DNA of 64,000 bases from Candidatus Heimdallarchaeota archaeon (GTDB lineage Archaea; Asgardarchaeota; Heimdallarchaeia; Hodarchaeales; Hodarchaeaceae): the NCBI GenBank assembly GCA_019057635.1, contig DXJL01000056.1:1-64000 (forward strand), written 5' to 3'. The notes under the pieces were generated by a model. The model worked only from the letters and a program-made list of their open reading frames with translations, made no database searches and had not been told where the DNA came from. Position numbers and translations under genes: made by a program. This document shows positions 18,784 through 28,820 of the stretch, one piece after another. The first letter of the stretch is position 1, and each line of letters begins with the position of its first letter.

Positions 18784-19527
18784 CTAGCTCAAGTATTCTA
18801 ACTGTTTCCGAAGTAAATAAAGCTCTTTGGTATATTTCTTGTATAAACGTGAATATTCAAAGATTGAGATCTCACCAGCAGCATATCTATCTTCTAATGA
18901 TGATAGGAGATCAGAAATGGCAATTCTTTCAGATTCTAGCACTTGTTGATCGGTAACTTCCATTCTCAGAGTCTTTGATGACTCCTCGGAGCTCATCATG
19001 GACCTAGCTCTTAATCTGGCCAATTCTTCATCCTTTGCAGTTAATTGGGCATTTTTAGCGGTTAATTCTGTACGTAATGCTTTTGTTTCTGCAGCTGATC
19101 TAGAATCTCTGTTTTCAATTGCTGGTTCAGTTATTCTCACCATAGTATCGCGTACTGACTTAGCTGTTTCTCCGCGCGGGGTTGGTGGTACACGAGACAT
19201 AAGATTTTTTAAAGCAATAATCACCTGGTAGAGATGAAATTCCGCTCGCCAATTATCCAGAATCCGTAACTGAATAAATCCATCTTTATCAATATTTGGA
19301 TGATCCATCCACCCAATTGCAGTTACAACTGGAGGTACATTGGGAAAGTACTCTGGGAGGAAAATCTCAAATGTGAACATATTCCTTCCCCTGTTTGTTG
19401 TATAAGTTAATGTTCCTTGCCAACGAACAAGAGATTCTCCTACTGGATTGAATCCTGATGCAGCATTATTTGAATATGTTAATTGTGCCTCTCTTGCTAA
19501 TATAAAGTCTCTATCCATTAATTTCAC
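18784..19527 (-). CDS. vps23: ESCRT-I UEV-Vps23/37-like protein
   Basis: E2-like fold with HPN but Gln in place of the catalytic Cys (HPNIDKDGFIQL), Pro-rich linker, coiled coil, steadiness box GEISIFEYSRLYKKYTKEL. Likely ATG at 19518. Confidence 0.9.
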   Translation of the reverse strand: MKLMDRDFILAREAQLTYSNNAASGFNPVGESLVRWQGTLTYTTNRGRNMFTFEIFLPEYFPNVPPVVTAIGWMDHPNIDKDGFIQLRILDNWRAEFHLYQVIIALKNLMSRVPPTPRGETAKSVRDTMVRITEPAIENRDSRSAAETKALRTELTAKNAQLTAKDEELARLRARSMMSSEESSKTLRMEVTDQQVLESERIAISDLLSSLEDRYAAGEISIFEYSRLYKKYTKELYLLRKQLEYLS

Positions 19528-19719
19528 CTAAAACTATGGAAATAGGGAGGAAGATTACTTCTCTTCAAGAATACTCCGCTATCATTTTATCTCTTAGTCA
19601 GGTTAACATTACTTGCTATGCTTAAAAAATCCTCACAATTAGGAAGAGAAAAAACCCGTAGTACACTGTGATTCGCCTATAATACTAAAAATTCTCTTAA
19701 AGCTCTTAACCACAGTTCA

Positions 19720-20934
19720 TCATTTCTTTGCTGATTCAAAAAAGTCCATTACTGCCTCTCCCAATAACTCAAATGCTAAATTGATATTTAAACCTGTTTT
19801 CGCACTTGTTGGGAGATAATGAATGTTAAAACCCCTATATTGCTTAGCCACATGAGAAAGTGTACTAGCAAATTTTCTAGCTTTTGCATCAGAAACACCC
19901 ATTACCCCTTCATCACGTAAATCCGCTTTATTTCCTAATATAATAATGGGAACTGGTCCCCTACCATTAAGTTTCCAAAATTCATTCATCCACCCAACAG
20001 TGTTTTGAAAACTCTCGACACGAGTGGTATCAAAAACCACAATAGCTCCCATAGCGGACATATAATAAGCTTTTCGGACTCCTTCAAACCGAGGCTGACC
20101 AGCAAGATCCCAAATTAAGTATTTGACTTGCCTTCCACCAGAATATAAAACGGGTGACTCTTTGCTCGCTAAATCAGCTCCTATGGTCATCTGATAATCA
20201 TTCCTGAACCCTTCTCCCAGATATTGTCTTCTAATCGATGTTTTTCCGACTGCACCGTCTCCGATTAGAATTATTTTAAGTGTATGGCGTTCTTTAACAA
20301 AAGAAGCTTGAAAACCATCTATTGTTTTTAGTACTTCTTGTTCAAAGTCAGTACTTACCCGTAATCGCTCATCGGAGTACCGTTTCATGATCGTAACAAT
20401 CTGTACTGCGAGCTGTCCTATTCTATCTCTAGTGATTTGTTTTGTTGTGACAATTGAAATTATGTATTTCTCCTCGATCACAAAGAAATGAATTATTTGA
20501 GATTCCAAGGACAATTCTTCAATGAGTTCCCCAAGTTTATGTCGAACGTAATTCTTCATCACATTTAAAATAAAACTCAAAGAAGTTTGGCAGCTAGCCT
20601 TATTTGAAAGACAAATCTCAAATAAAGGACGTCCAGAGTCCTTGAAACACGTTACCATCACTATTTCTTCAGTCTTTTGAGAGTGAAATAACCCAAATTC
20701 TTCGAATTTCTTCTGTTCTTCCTCCTCTGTTGGACGGGAATGGGAGTAGGCATCTTCTAGAATGTGAAGAAAATCACCACCATCAGTTAACGCATTTTCT
20801 AAATCCACTTGTGCCTTTAAATAGAATTCTTCCATTTCCATGGCGGTAATATCTGATTCTATTTGTTTCTCAAGAATGGAAGTATAATCTGGGCTATCTT
20901 GGGGAGAAGACTTCCTATCATCTTCATCTGGCAT
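19720..20934 (-). CDS. Rab-like small GTPase fused to an N-terminal longin-like domain
   Basis: GDGAVGKT, YQMTIGAD, WDLAGQPRF, GNKAD, TSAKTG. Preceded by an acidic leader and a beta-beta-alpha-beta-beta-beta-alpha segment (FKDSGRPLFE...). Confidence 0.85.
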   Translation of the reverse strand: MPDEDDRKSSPQDSPDYTSILEKQIESDITAMEMEEFYLKAQVDLENALTDGGDFLHILEDAYSHSRPTEEEEQKKFEEFGLFHSQKTEEIVMVTCFKDSGRPLFEICLSNKASCQTSLSFILNVMKNYVRHKLGELIEELSLESQIIHFFVIEEKYIISIVTTKQITRDRIGQLAVQIVTIMKRYSDERLRVSTDFEQEVLKTIDGFQASFVKERHTLKIILIGDGAVGKTSIRRQYLGEGFRNDYQMTIGADLASKESPVLYSGGRQVKYLIWDLAGQPRFEGVRKAYYMSAMGAIVVFDTTRVESFQNTVGWMNEFWKLNGRGPVPIIILGNKADLRDEGVMGVSDAKARKFASTLSHVAKQYRGFNIHYLPTSAKTGLNINLAFELLGEAVMDFFESAKK

Positions 20935-21134
20935 AGTTTATCTCCATTTCAATTTGGGGTCTGATATATTAGAGTCCCTGTTCCTTAAATATTGCACTAT
21001 ATTTCAGGAACGAAAAAAATGAAATCCAATTCGTAGACCAAACAGATTTCTTTTATATTGAATAAGTTTTTTTGGTTGCTTCCTATTGAGGTGAAAAGGA
21101 ATTAATTTTAACTGGATAAAAATTAATTCAGAAC

Positions 21135-22139
21135 TTATTCAAATTTAGAAAACAACCAAGGGATTATATACGCGATACAAAAAGCTATTACGAAATACGA
21201 CAAAAAGTTGGTTACTTGAGTAATCCATACGAGTTCAGACTGGAAAATCATCGCAAAATCTTCAATTCCCTTCGCTGCAAAATATAAAACCACAACTGAG
21301 ACAAATCCAAATATTACGCGAAAGAAAACGCTTCCTCTGCTCAAATTCTTAGTTGTAAACTTCACATGTTTTAATTCTAATACTTGGCCAACAACAATAC
21401 CTGCGAACAGACCAGGGTATGTTCCCAGATCAGTTTCAACCCATACCCCTGGATCAGATAATGATATTGATTCATTAAAAGGAAAAATCGTTCCAAGTAC
21501 GAAAGCTATGAAACCTAGAATGATCAAGAGGCCACTAAATAATATACCGAACATAATTTTCTTGGTGTCAGTCCATACCTCAATCCTGGATCCTAGATAA
21601 GGCTCAATCTTGATATATGCCCATGATAGAATAACACCAAATAATACACCAACGACAATGTCGCTTGGCCAATGGACTCCTAAATACGATCTACTTAGAG
21701 GAATGGAAATTAAGAGCACAATACCTACAACGAATAAGGGTACATGTTTTACTTTCTTAATGATATAACCCCAGATAGTTCCTTGGACTTGAGAATGTCC
21801 TGATGGGAAAGAAAAACCTTCTGCACCCCAAATTGTCTCTTGATTGAGTACATTTGTAGTAACCTGAAACTTTTCTGCATTATATACGTAGGGGCGAGGA
21901 TTATGAAAAAAGATCTTTGCTACAGAGTTTAAGTGAGCTGAGAACACGAGTAAATAAATTAATCTAGGTATTAACTCTTTATTCAATGTATAATAAAGTA
22001 GTACTAAGATTATCAAAATAGGTAACGTGTTTCCAAGAGTTGTCAAAACTCCAAAGTAAATATCAAAGAACATATTTGATATACCTTGAATTAACTGTAA
22101 TATACTCTCGCCTAAAGGGCCAAATAACAGATCGGACAT
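21135..22139 (-). CDS. PAP2-family membrane phosphatase
   Basis: KIFFHNPRP, SFPSGHS and SRSYLGVHWPSD catalytic motifs. Confidence 0.93.
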   Translation of the reverse strand: MSDLLFGPLGESILQLIQGISNMFFDIYFGVLTTLGNTLPILIILVLLYYTLNKELIPRLIYLLVFSAHLNSVAKIFFHNPRPYVYNAEKFQVTTNVLNQETIWGAEGFSFPSGHSQVQGTIWGYIIKKVKHVPLFVVGIVLLISIPLSRSYLGVHWPSDIVVGVLFGVILSWAYIKIEPYLGSRIEVWTDTKKIMFGILFSGLLIILGFIAFVLGTIFPFNESISLSDPGVWVETDLGTYPGLFAGIVVGQVLELKHVKFTTKNLSRGSVFFRVIFGFVSVVVLYFAAKGIEDFAMIFQSELVWITQVTNFLSYFVIAFCIAYIIPWLFSKFE

Positions 22140-22323
22140 GATTTCGGACCAGTTTGGATGAAGTATAAAAGATTACATTTAAACTTTCTTCCAAATTAAT
22201 ATAAGAATAAGGCGAGTTCTTCTTCATAACATTCTTAGAAATGAAAATAATTATCAATAAGTGAATTTGATAAATCATTATTCCATAATCAGAGAAGTAC
22301 CCGTCTTTTCGAAGTGATCTCTC

Positions 22324-23073
22324 GTGAGTGAATCTGAATCAATCGTATGTCCAAATTGTAGTGAAAGAAGTCCAGCTGGATATATTTTGTGCCCCTACTG
22401 TGGATTTGATCTAACAAAGATACTGCGTCAAAAACAAAGAATAGGTCTAACTTTCAAAGAACGATTTTCACGTATATGGAGAAGTCTTTCAGATCCTCGT
22501 GATAGTAAAATTCTGTTTAATGAAATTGGTGTTAATCCAGATCGACTAGGAGTTATTATCTTATTGTACCTATTATCGGTCTCATATGCAACCCGGATTG
22601 GAGCTTTTGTAATTAAAGCAAGTAACACGACTTGGCATGATTTTCATTTCATTTACTTCCTCATTCTTCCTTGGCTCGCAGGAATAGCTTTTCTTATATT
22701 GGCATTGTTTGGCTGGATTATTACTACACTTGTCATTTGGCTAATAGCTAAAACACTTGGTGGAAAAGCCAGCTTGCGAGATACATATAGTATTGTAGGT
22801 TATTCATTAGGGCCACTTATCACTGCTTCTTTAGTTGTTTCCATTTTTATCATCTTGTTGGGTAGTCCCCTCAATACTGTTGACAATACCACTTGGATGA
22901 ATTATGCTATTTTTGAAATCATATACCTACCGTTTCTAGCAGTATGTGCTTATCATTGTGGTAATGGTCTCCAATCTGGACATCTGCTAAATCCTACCTA
23001 CTCCTACATAATTTCAGGCGCAATAGCGGGAGGTTTTGCTTTATTTTACCTTATTATTCCCATTATTCTTTGA
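22324..23073 (+). CDS. Zinc-ribbon plus Yip1-domain membrane protein
   Basis: CPNC...CPYCG ribbon, WLIAKTLGGKASLRDTYSIVGYSLGP Yip1 signature, about 5 TM segments. Confidence 0.85.
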   Translation: MSESESIVCPNCSERSPAGYILCPYCGFDLTKILRQKQRIGLTFKERFSRIWRSLSDPRDSKILFNEIGVNPDRLGVIILLYLLSVSYATRIGAFVIKASNTTWHDFHFIYFLILPWLAGIAFLILALFGWIITTLVIWLIAKTLGGKASLRDTYSIVGYSLGPLITASLVVSIFIILLGSPLNTVDNTTWMNYAIFEIIYLPFLAVCAYHCGNGLQSGHLLNPTYSYIISGAIAGGFALFYLIIPIIL

Positions 23074-23092
23074 GCAAAACAAGTATAAGATA

Positions 23093-24133
23093 TTAAGAAT
23101 CAAAAGTTACTTGGAACTTCAACGGTTTAGACAAAGAGGGATCTATTACACGAACAATATCTGCAGATTTTAGTACCGTCGATAATTTTTCCTTGGAGGA
23201 GTCAATTTTTACTGTTCCATGGATCATGACCATTTCCTTTCCAAGATTGAAAGAATAACGTAACTGAGTAACAAAATCATTGATTTGTTGGTCTAATGCT
23301 GATCTTACAGGAATTGCATTCAGTTGATATTCACTAGAGCATACAAAGCAGTTTTTACGCCTTGAAAGTTCGATAGCAGTAAATACTCCAACTGAACCAT
23401 CCCAAAATAAGTAATCTTTGAGTGGTGATAATTTTAAGAGGATTTTCAACGCTTCTTGAGCCATTAATCCTCCTATCACAAACGATACGCTTGAGACTGA
23501 TGGAATATTCTCTTCTGCAGGTTCTTCTTGACGAACTTCTTTTCTTCCCTCCCCAAAAGGAGTACAAGCTTTCTGTAATTCTTCTTCTGGGATTAATGAT
23601 TGACACTCCAAGCATGCATTCTCATGAGGGATTATTACCTGTATGTTTCCTAAGAATCCAAACATTCCTCCTGAAACTAATGGAATGTTATGTTCAACAA
23701 TATATGAATTGACCCATCTTCGATCAATGAATGTATCCAACCCTTCTACAATAACAGATACTGATTCCAAGTCAGATTGTGGAACATCCTGTATCTTCAT
23801 GTTAAGTGCTGTAATTTTTAACTCGGAATTAATTTTCAATAACTCTCGAGTGGCTACTTCTACTTTAGATTTACCAATATCATCCATTCGGAATAGTAAT
23901 TGCCGATTTAAATTACTTATTTCGATCGTGTCAAAATCAACTAATATAAACTCTCCTACTCCCGCCATTGCTAGTGAAACAGCTGCTACTAATCCTAATG
24001 CACCCATCCCTACTATTATAACCTTACCTTCACGAATTTTATCCTGATTCCAATTTTCTATCAAAACTTGCCTGTCATAGCGAATAGTTTGGGAATCGTG
24101 AGTAAATATATCCATTTTTCCTACCCGAATCAA
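23093..24133 (-). CDS. Ubiquitin-activating E1-like enzyme (ThiF/Uba) with C-terminal extension
   Basis: RYDRQ, GMGALG, DFDTIEISNLNRQ, CLEC/CFVC Zn sites, candidate catalytic Cys in KACT, UFD-like tail. Confidence 0.93.
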   Translation of the reverse strand: MIRVGKMDIFTHDSQTIRYDRQVLIENWNQDKIREGKVIIVGMGALGLVAAVSLAMAGVGEFILVDFDTIEISNLNRQLLFRMDDIGKSKVEVATRELLKINSELKITALNMKIQDVPQSDLESVSVIVEGLDTFIDRRWVNSYIVEHNIPLVSGGMFGFLGNIQVIIPHENACLECQSLIPEEELQKACTPFGEGRKEVRQEEPAEENIPSVSSVSFVIGGLMAQEALKILLKLSPLKDYLFWDGSVGVFTAIELSRRKNCFVCSSEYQLNAIPVRSALDQQINDFVTQLRYSFNLGKEMVMIHGTVKIDSSKEKLSTVLKSADIVRVIDPSLSKPLKFQVTFDS

Positions 24134-24338
24134 ATATAGTAAGATTTTATGTTCATTTGCTTTGTGTTTTTAACATATCAATAGAGATTTTAAATTTCCT
24201 TGGAAACAATGACAAAAGAAATCCAAAAGGATATAGAAAACAGTTCCTAAGAACCGATCTTTCTTAAGATAAATGTCCCTTAGAAAACAAAATTATCATA
24301 CAAATGTCCACAAAAGGGGAGGATAAAAAAAATGATGA

Positions 24339-24581
24339 TTAACGAACTATTCCGCCAGTTGTTCTTGTAATCATATATAATTTATCTAGATCTTCTATCC
24401 CTGCTGATTTTAAGGTCTCGCTCTCATCAAGCTGCTTCCCCTGAAATACAAGAATGACTGAACGAGCAGGAATTCGTTTTTGTTGAGCAACTCGCTCTTT
24501 AATTGATGCCAAAGATTCTGTTTTCTCACAGGTGAGCGTAATCTGTCCTCCTCCAATTGCCTGAACGATATTTATCTGCAT
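24339..24581 (-). CDS. Ubiquitin-like protein with propeptide (GG followed by IVR)
   Basis: MQINIV..., IKERV, ILVFQGKQLDESETL, RTTGG-IVR. Confidence 0.93.
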   Translation of the reverse strand: MQINIVQAIGGGQITLTCEKTESLASIKERVAQQKRIPARSVILVFQGKQLDESETLKSAGIEDLDKLYMITRTTGGIVR

Positions 24582-24760
24582 ATTTAATTCCCAGCTTTTA
24601 AATTATTCACCAAATCAAGTTAACCGTAATTTATCTGTCTTTGAGGATAACTTGTAGATCCCACGTATTCACTTGACCTTTAACTTATAAACGATACGAA
24701 TGGGGATTTTGAGAGCCTATAGAACTATTCTTCTTCTCTAAATAAATAGTAGGATTACAC

Positions 24761-25561
24761 CTATTCATCATCATCTGCTTCGAGAAATATTATCCCGTCA
24801 TTTGTGATCTGAAATGTCAATGTTTTAGTAGTATGTTTTGTTCCTCTCATTTTACTGATTCTGAGGATTCGCATCATTTCTCCTCGTACTGACAGCATAT
24901 CCAGATGAATTATCGAATCGGCAATATACTCTTCTCCAAAGATCGAAGTGCCTGTATTACTTGGTAATTCTGATATTGCGAGTGTGGTTACATTTAGTGA
25001 AGCAATATTAGCTAAAAAGCCTGTAGTTAATTTCCTTAAGAAACCCTGATCATTACCATAGTCATAAAATCGAAATGCCGCTAGAGGGTCAATAACAATG
25101 CGTTCAATTTTCTTTTCTTCCACAACTTGACTTATATGATAAAAGACTCTATGTAGGAATGTTGGTAAGGAAGTCTCATCATATGGCACACCTTCGGCTT
25201 CAATGACAAAAGGAGAGCCTTCTGTTAAATTAAGACTATCAGGATCCCATAATTCCCAACCTGAAGGAGTAAAATCAAGCATAACTATTTTTTCTGGTTC
25301 AACATAGTGATTATGATCAAAAAAAGAAAAATTACTCGCATCACGACGAATAGCCCATGGAGGTTCCTGCATAGCTACAAGTAGACCATTTTCATTCTTT
25401 AATGCTCCTTCTGACAGAAAATGCAATCCGAAGATAGTTTTTCCAGCTCCAGCAGGTCCAATAATCAGATTTGTTGTACCTTTGATAAGGCCGCCTTGTG
25501 TAAGCTCATCTAAATAAGGAATACCACTAGTTACTCGTATTTTTTCGAACAAGTGTAGCAC
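24761..25561 (-). CDS. KaiC/RAD55-family RecA-superfamily ATPase (single domain)
   Basis: SGIPYLDEL, GPAGAGKT, RIVIDP, EEYIADSII, ISKMRGTKH. Confidence 0.92.
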   Translation of the reverse strand: MLHLFEKIRVTSGIPYLDELTQGGLIKGTTNLIIGPAGAGKTIFGLHFLSEGALKNENGLLVAMQEPPWAIRRDASNFSFFDHNHYVEPEKIVMLDFTPSGWELWDPDSLNLTEGSPFVIEAEGVPYDETSLPTFLHRVFYHISQVVEEKKIERIVIDPLAAFRFYDYGNDQGFLRKLTTGFLANIASLNVTTLAISELPSNTGTSIFGEEYIADSIIHLDMLSVRGEMMRILRISKMRGTKHTTKTLTFQITNDGIIFLEADDDE

Positions 25562-25741
25562 ACATATCCTCTAAGGGGATCTGGTGAAAAATAGTACCCC
25601 ACTCCTTATTAGTTGAACTCAATTCAAGGGAACCAAAATACTATCTTAGAATTGAAAATTAATATTCTAAAACGCGTAAAAAAGGTTTAAACTTAGCTAG
25701 ATTTGTCTATAAGGATAAATCTTAATATTTTCATTTGATTT

Positions 25742-26311
25742 TCAAATTTGGGTTTGCTCAACCACAACTTTACGATATTTTATCATTTCTTCTACTAGAT
25801 ACTCAAAAGCTACTTCAAGATTTTCACCACTTCGAATCCCACCAGGATCTGTCGCTACAGTGCCAAAAATTTGATATGCATACTCCTTTAGATGAGCTTC
25901 AACAAATGCTTTGTGAATAAAGTCTGGAGATAATGCTATAGGTAAGTCCTGTTTATTTGCTATTACTAAGATTGGTATCTTGCCAGGTATTAAACGTAAT
26001 GCTTCATCTAACCACTGTTCATCGTATCTAAAGTTTCTTTGTGAACTATCTATGACAAAAACAATTCCATCAGCAGTACGAACAAAGCGTTCATGATACC
26101 GCATATCTAAAAATCTCTTCTGCCCGCCCACATCGATTAAACCCAATAACGTAGATCCAATCTCGACATGAGAGATTCCAAAGGCAATCGTTGGTTTTAT
26201 ATTACCTGGTGCGGGATAACCATGTTCTAAGTAAAAGGCGATGGAGGATTTTCCCACTCCACTTGTACCGAGTAATATTACCGAGAATATGTTTTCAGAT
26301 GATGTTTGCAT
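25742..26311 (-). CDS. Arf/Sar-like small GTPase
   Basis: GTSGVGKS, KPTIAF, DVGGQ, GIVFVIDS, ANKQDL. Confidence 0.9.
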   Translation of the reverse strand: MQTSSENIFSVILLGTSGVGKSSIAFYLEHGYPAPGNIKPTIAFGISHVEIGSTLLGLIDVGGQKRFLDMRYHERFVRTADGIVFVIDSSQRNFRYDEQWLDEALRLIPGKIPILVIANKQDLPIALSPDFIHKAFVEAHLKEYAYQIFGTVATDPGGIRSGENLEVAFEYLVEEMIKYRKVVVEQTQI

Positions 26312-26535
26312 ATGGAAATAAATCCTTTCATTAATGCTAACGTCTGAAATAGAACTCAGACATTAAAGATACTGATGTATGTTGTATCTCCTATACACGG
26401 ATTAAAAAAGGAATAGAAACTTTAAAAGAGATTCCAAACTAAAATTGAATCTAGGGACTTAGAAAATAAGAATGTCATTTCAATAGAATTTTATGGGTAA
26501 ATTTCTTAGCTGTACTGAAGCAAGCATATTACTTT

Positions 26536-26931
26536 TTGTGGATTAAAATGGATAAAAAATCTCGTGAAATCAAAATTGAATCTTTGAAAACTCCAAAAGG
26601 AGACGTACCGACTGTTAAAGGATTGGAAACGGTAATTGATTCAGTCTTTTCTGAATATGGAAAAATAGAAAACAGGTTCAATATGCTTCAACAAAAATTG
26701 GAAACCGTTTCAAAAGAAATCGCGAGTCAATCAGGTCTCATAACCGATCTGAGTAAAAGTTTCTCTGATTTAATTGTAATATTAGGAAATTTAGACCGTA
26801 AAATTGAACAACAGCAATCTATTACAACCAATAACCGACATATTGAAACAATTGATTTATTAACATTGAAAAAGGACTTATCACGGATTCTCAGCAAATT
26901 AGAGTCGCTAATGACAACAAATGAGAGGTAG
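26536..26931 (+). CDS. Hypothetical coiled-coil protein
   Basis: Heptad-rich 131-aa ORF. First gene of a three-gene plus-strand run that includes the RING protein. Confidence 0.65.
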   Translation: MWIKMDKKSREIKIESLKTPKGDVPTVKGLETVIDSVFSEYGKIENRFNMLQQKLETVSKEIASQSGLITDLSKSFSDLIVILGNLDRKIEQQQSITTNNRHIETIDLLTLKKDLSRILSKLESLMTTNER

Positions 26932-27022
26932 ACACACTCTTATGGGACAAATCATTCAGTACAAAATTAAATTCACTCTCGAAGGCTCTATATACCGAAA
27001 AAAGTGGATGGAGAATTAAAAT

Positions 27023-27235
27023 ATGAAAGGGAATCGAATAAAATTAATTTCTCGCCCCATTGGAAACTGGGATCCATTTCAAACCTCCTCACGGTGTATT
27101 ATCTGTTGGAAGCCTGTTAAAGATAACGATCCATTAATGGAATGTCCCCACTGCCATAGTAGAGCCCATCAAGAACATATGCTACGTTGGTTAGCAAAGA
27201 AGAATTATTGTCCTTACTGCAATAAAAAGTGGTAA
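27023..27235 (+). CDS. Small RING-finger protein (E3-like)
   Basis: CIIC-x12-CPHC-x4-HQEH..WL..CPYC. GGAG SD upstream. Confidence 0.88.
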   Translation: MKGNRIKLISRPIGNWDPFQTSSRCIICWKPVKDNDPLMECPHCHSRAHQEHMLRWLAKKNYCPYCNKKW

Positions 27236-27236
27236 T

Positions 27237-27692
27237 ATGAACGAAATAACGTACTTACCTATAGTTCTCCAAGAACTGGTACAGGCACTAGAAAATCATC
27301 TGGACCAATTAACACCAAATCGCAAAAGAACATTACCTGTTAAGATAAAGAAACAGAATCAAAATACCATTATAACTTGGAATATCTACTCTGAGCCTCA
27401 AAAGGAAATTACAGGAATATTCTCTGATTTACAGAAAATAATTTCACAAATTCTTGAACAACCTCTAGATGGCGAGCTCATTTATTTTGAAATTAAAAAG
27501 GGTCAAATTATTGATGCAGGAATTAATGCTTTTTCCATTAAACAAGGTTTTTCTTGGGATTTATACCTTTACCAACCTGAAACGTTTGTATACGTACGTT
27601 TGCTACATGAAACAAATCTTGACAGTTGTATCGATGCATGGATTTCAATTGATATTGACCTAATTGAAAACTCTGCTTGGTTTCTTGATTGA
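27237..27692 (+). CDS. Hypothetical protein
   Basis: 151-aa ORF starting 2 nt after the RING stop codon. Confidence 0.65.
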   Translation: MNEITYLPIVLQELVQALENHLDQLTPNRKRTLPVKIKKQNQNTIITWNIYSEPQKEITGIFSDLQKIISQILEQPLDGELIYFEIKKGQIIDAGINAFSIKQGFSWDLYLYQPETFVYVRLLHETNLDSCIDAWISIDIDLIENSAWFLD

Positions 27693-27702
27693 AGAAATGA
27701 CT

Positions 27703-28647
27703 TCAGATAATGCTCCATCGTTTTGAATGAATTTCATAATGGGTACGGCCCTCATTCTCCATCTCCCTTAGAAACGCCGTTACAGTTGTTGATGCCACTC
27801 CTAACTCTTCAAATGGGGAATCCCAAGATATTCCAATAGTGTTAAGGTATTCTTCGGCGATGTAATAGGTTTTCGCTTCTCCTACACTTACAAGTATATC
27901 ATATATTGTATCTTTCGTGTGTTTGTGCTCAAATATCAAATTGTGCAGGTATAAATCGAAAGGATGTGGAACAGGACTCTGGTGAGCAGGACAAATAATA
28001 TCTGTAGATAAATTAGACAACATTTTCAGCACTTTCAACCGTTTCTGAGAATCTCCAGTACCATCTATGAAGAATGAGGCAGGTTTTTCTGGAGCAATAT
28101 TTCCTTCATCGCCTATGAATGTACACTTGGCTGAATAGGCTTGAATTAAGAGAGAATCTTTAGAATGTCCCCCTGTTGATTGCAAAATTAGTTCTTCAGA
28201 CCCTAAATCAATTGTTTCACTATCACTAATACGTGTAATGAGTTCTTCTTTTACTTTCCCAATTTTTGAGAAGAGAGATGATTTCATTGCTAACCTAAAT
28301 TTTGAAGGATTTGGGAATTGCTTATCCAATATATATTTTTGTCCTTCGGTTAGGGCTTTTATTCCTGACTCATGAATTACGATTTGTGGTTTTATCTTTG
28401 ATAGTGCGCTAATACCCGCCCAATGATCAGGATGAGTATGGGTTAGAATTATGTATTTGATATCCGAAGTATCTCTACCTGCTTTTTTAATGAAAGAAAT
28501 TATGTCCTTTCCAACGGATCTCGAGGGTAAATCAATTATTGCTATCTTTTCCCCCATGACCAAATAGCTAGCAAATTCTTCTTTTTGTTTACCTGTTTTC
28601 CCTATAATCCGAAATACTCCAGGAGCCCATTCTACGAAGTTCCCCAT
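27703..28647 (-). CDS. MBL-fold metallo-hydrolase
   Basis: THTHPDHWAG, GGHS, FIGD and PAH motifs. Confidence 0.9.
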   Translation of the reverse strand: MGNFVEWAPGVFRIIGKTGKQKEEFASYLVMGEKIAIIDLPSRSVGKDIISFIKKAGRDTSDIKYIILTHTHPDHWAGISALSKIKPQIVIHESGIKALTEGQKYILDKQFPNPSKFRLAMKSSLFSKIGKVKEELITRISDSETIDLGSEELILQSTGGHSKDSLLIQAYSAKCTFIGDEGNIAPEKPASFFIDGTGDSQKRLKVLKMLSNLSTDIICPAHQSPVPHPFDLYLHNLIFEHKHTKDTIYDILVSVGEAKTYYIAEEYLNTIGISWDSPFEELGVASTTVTAFLREMENEGRTHYEIHSKRWSII

Positions 28648-28820
28648 AATTGTTCACACATTTCATAGTAAAGTGTTTTTTTACGTTTAATATCCTCTAA
28701 ATTTCTTTATTAATGCCTTTCGGTGGAGGAGGTAGGATTTCTGTTTAGGATTTTCTCTGCAACAATAAAGGATAATTTTTAAAAAGAATCACTAGAATCA
28801 AGATCGTATACGAGAGTCCT

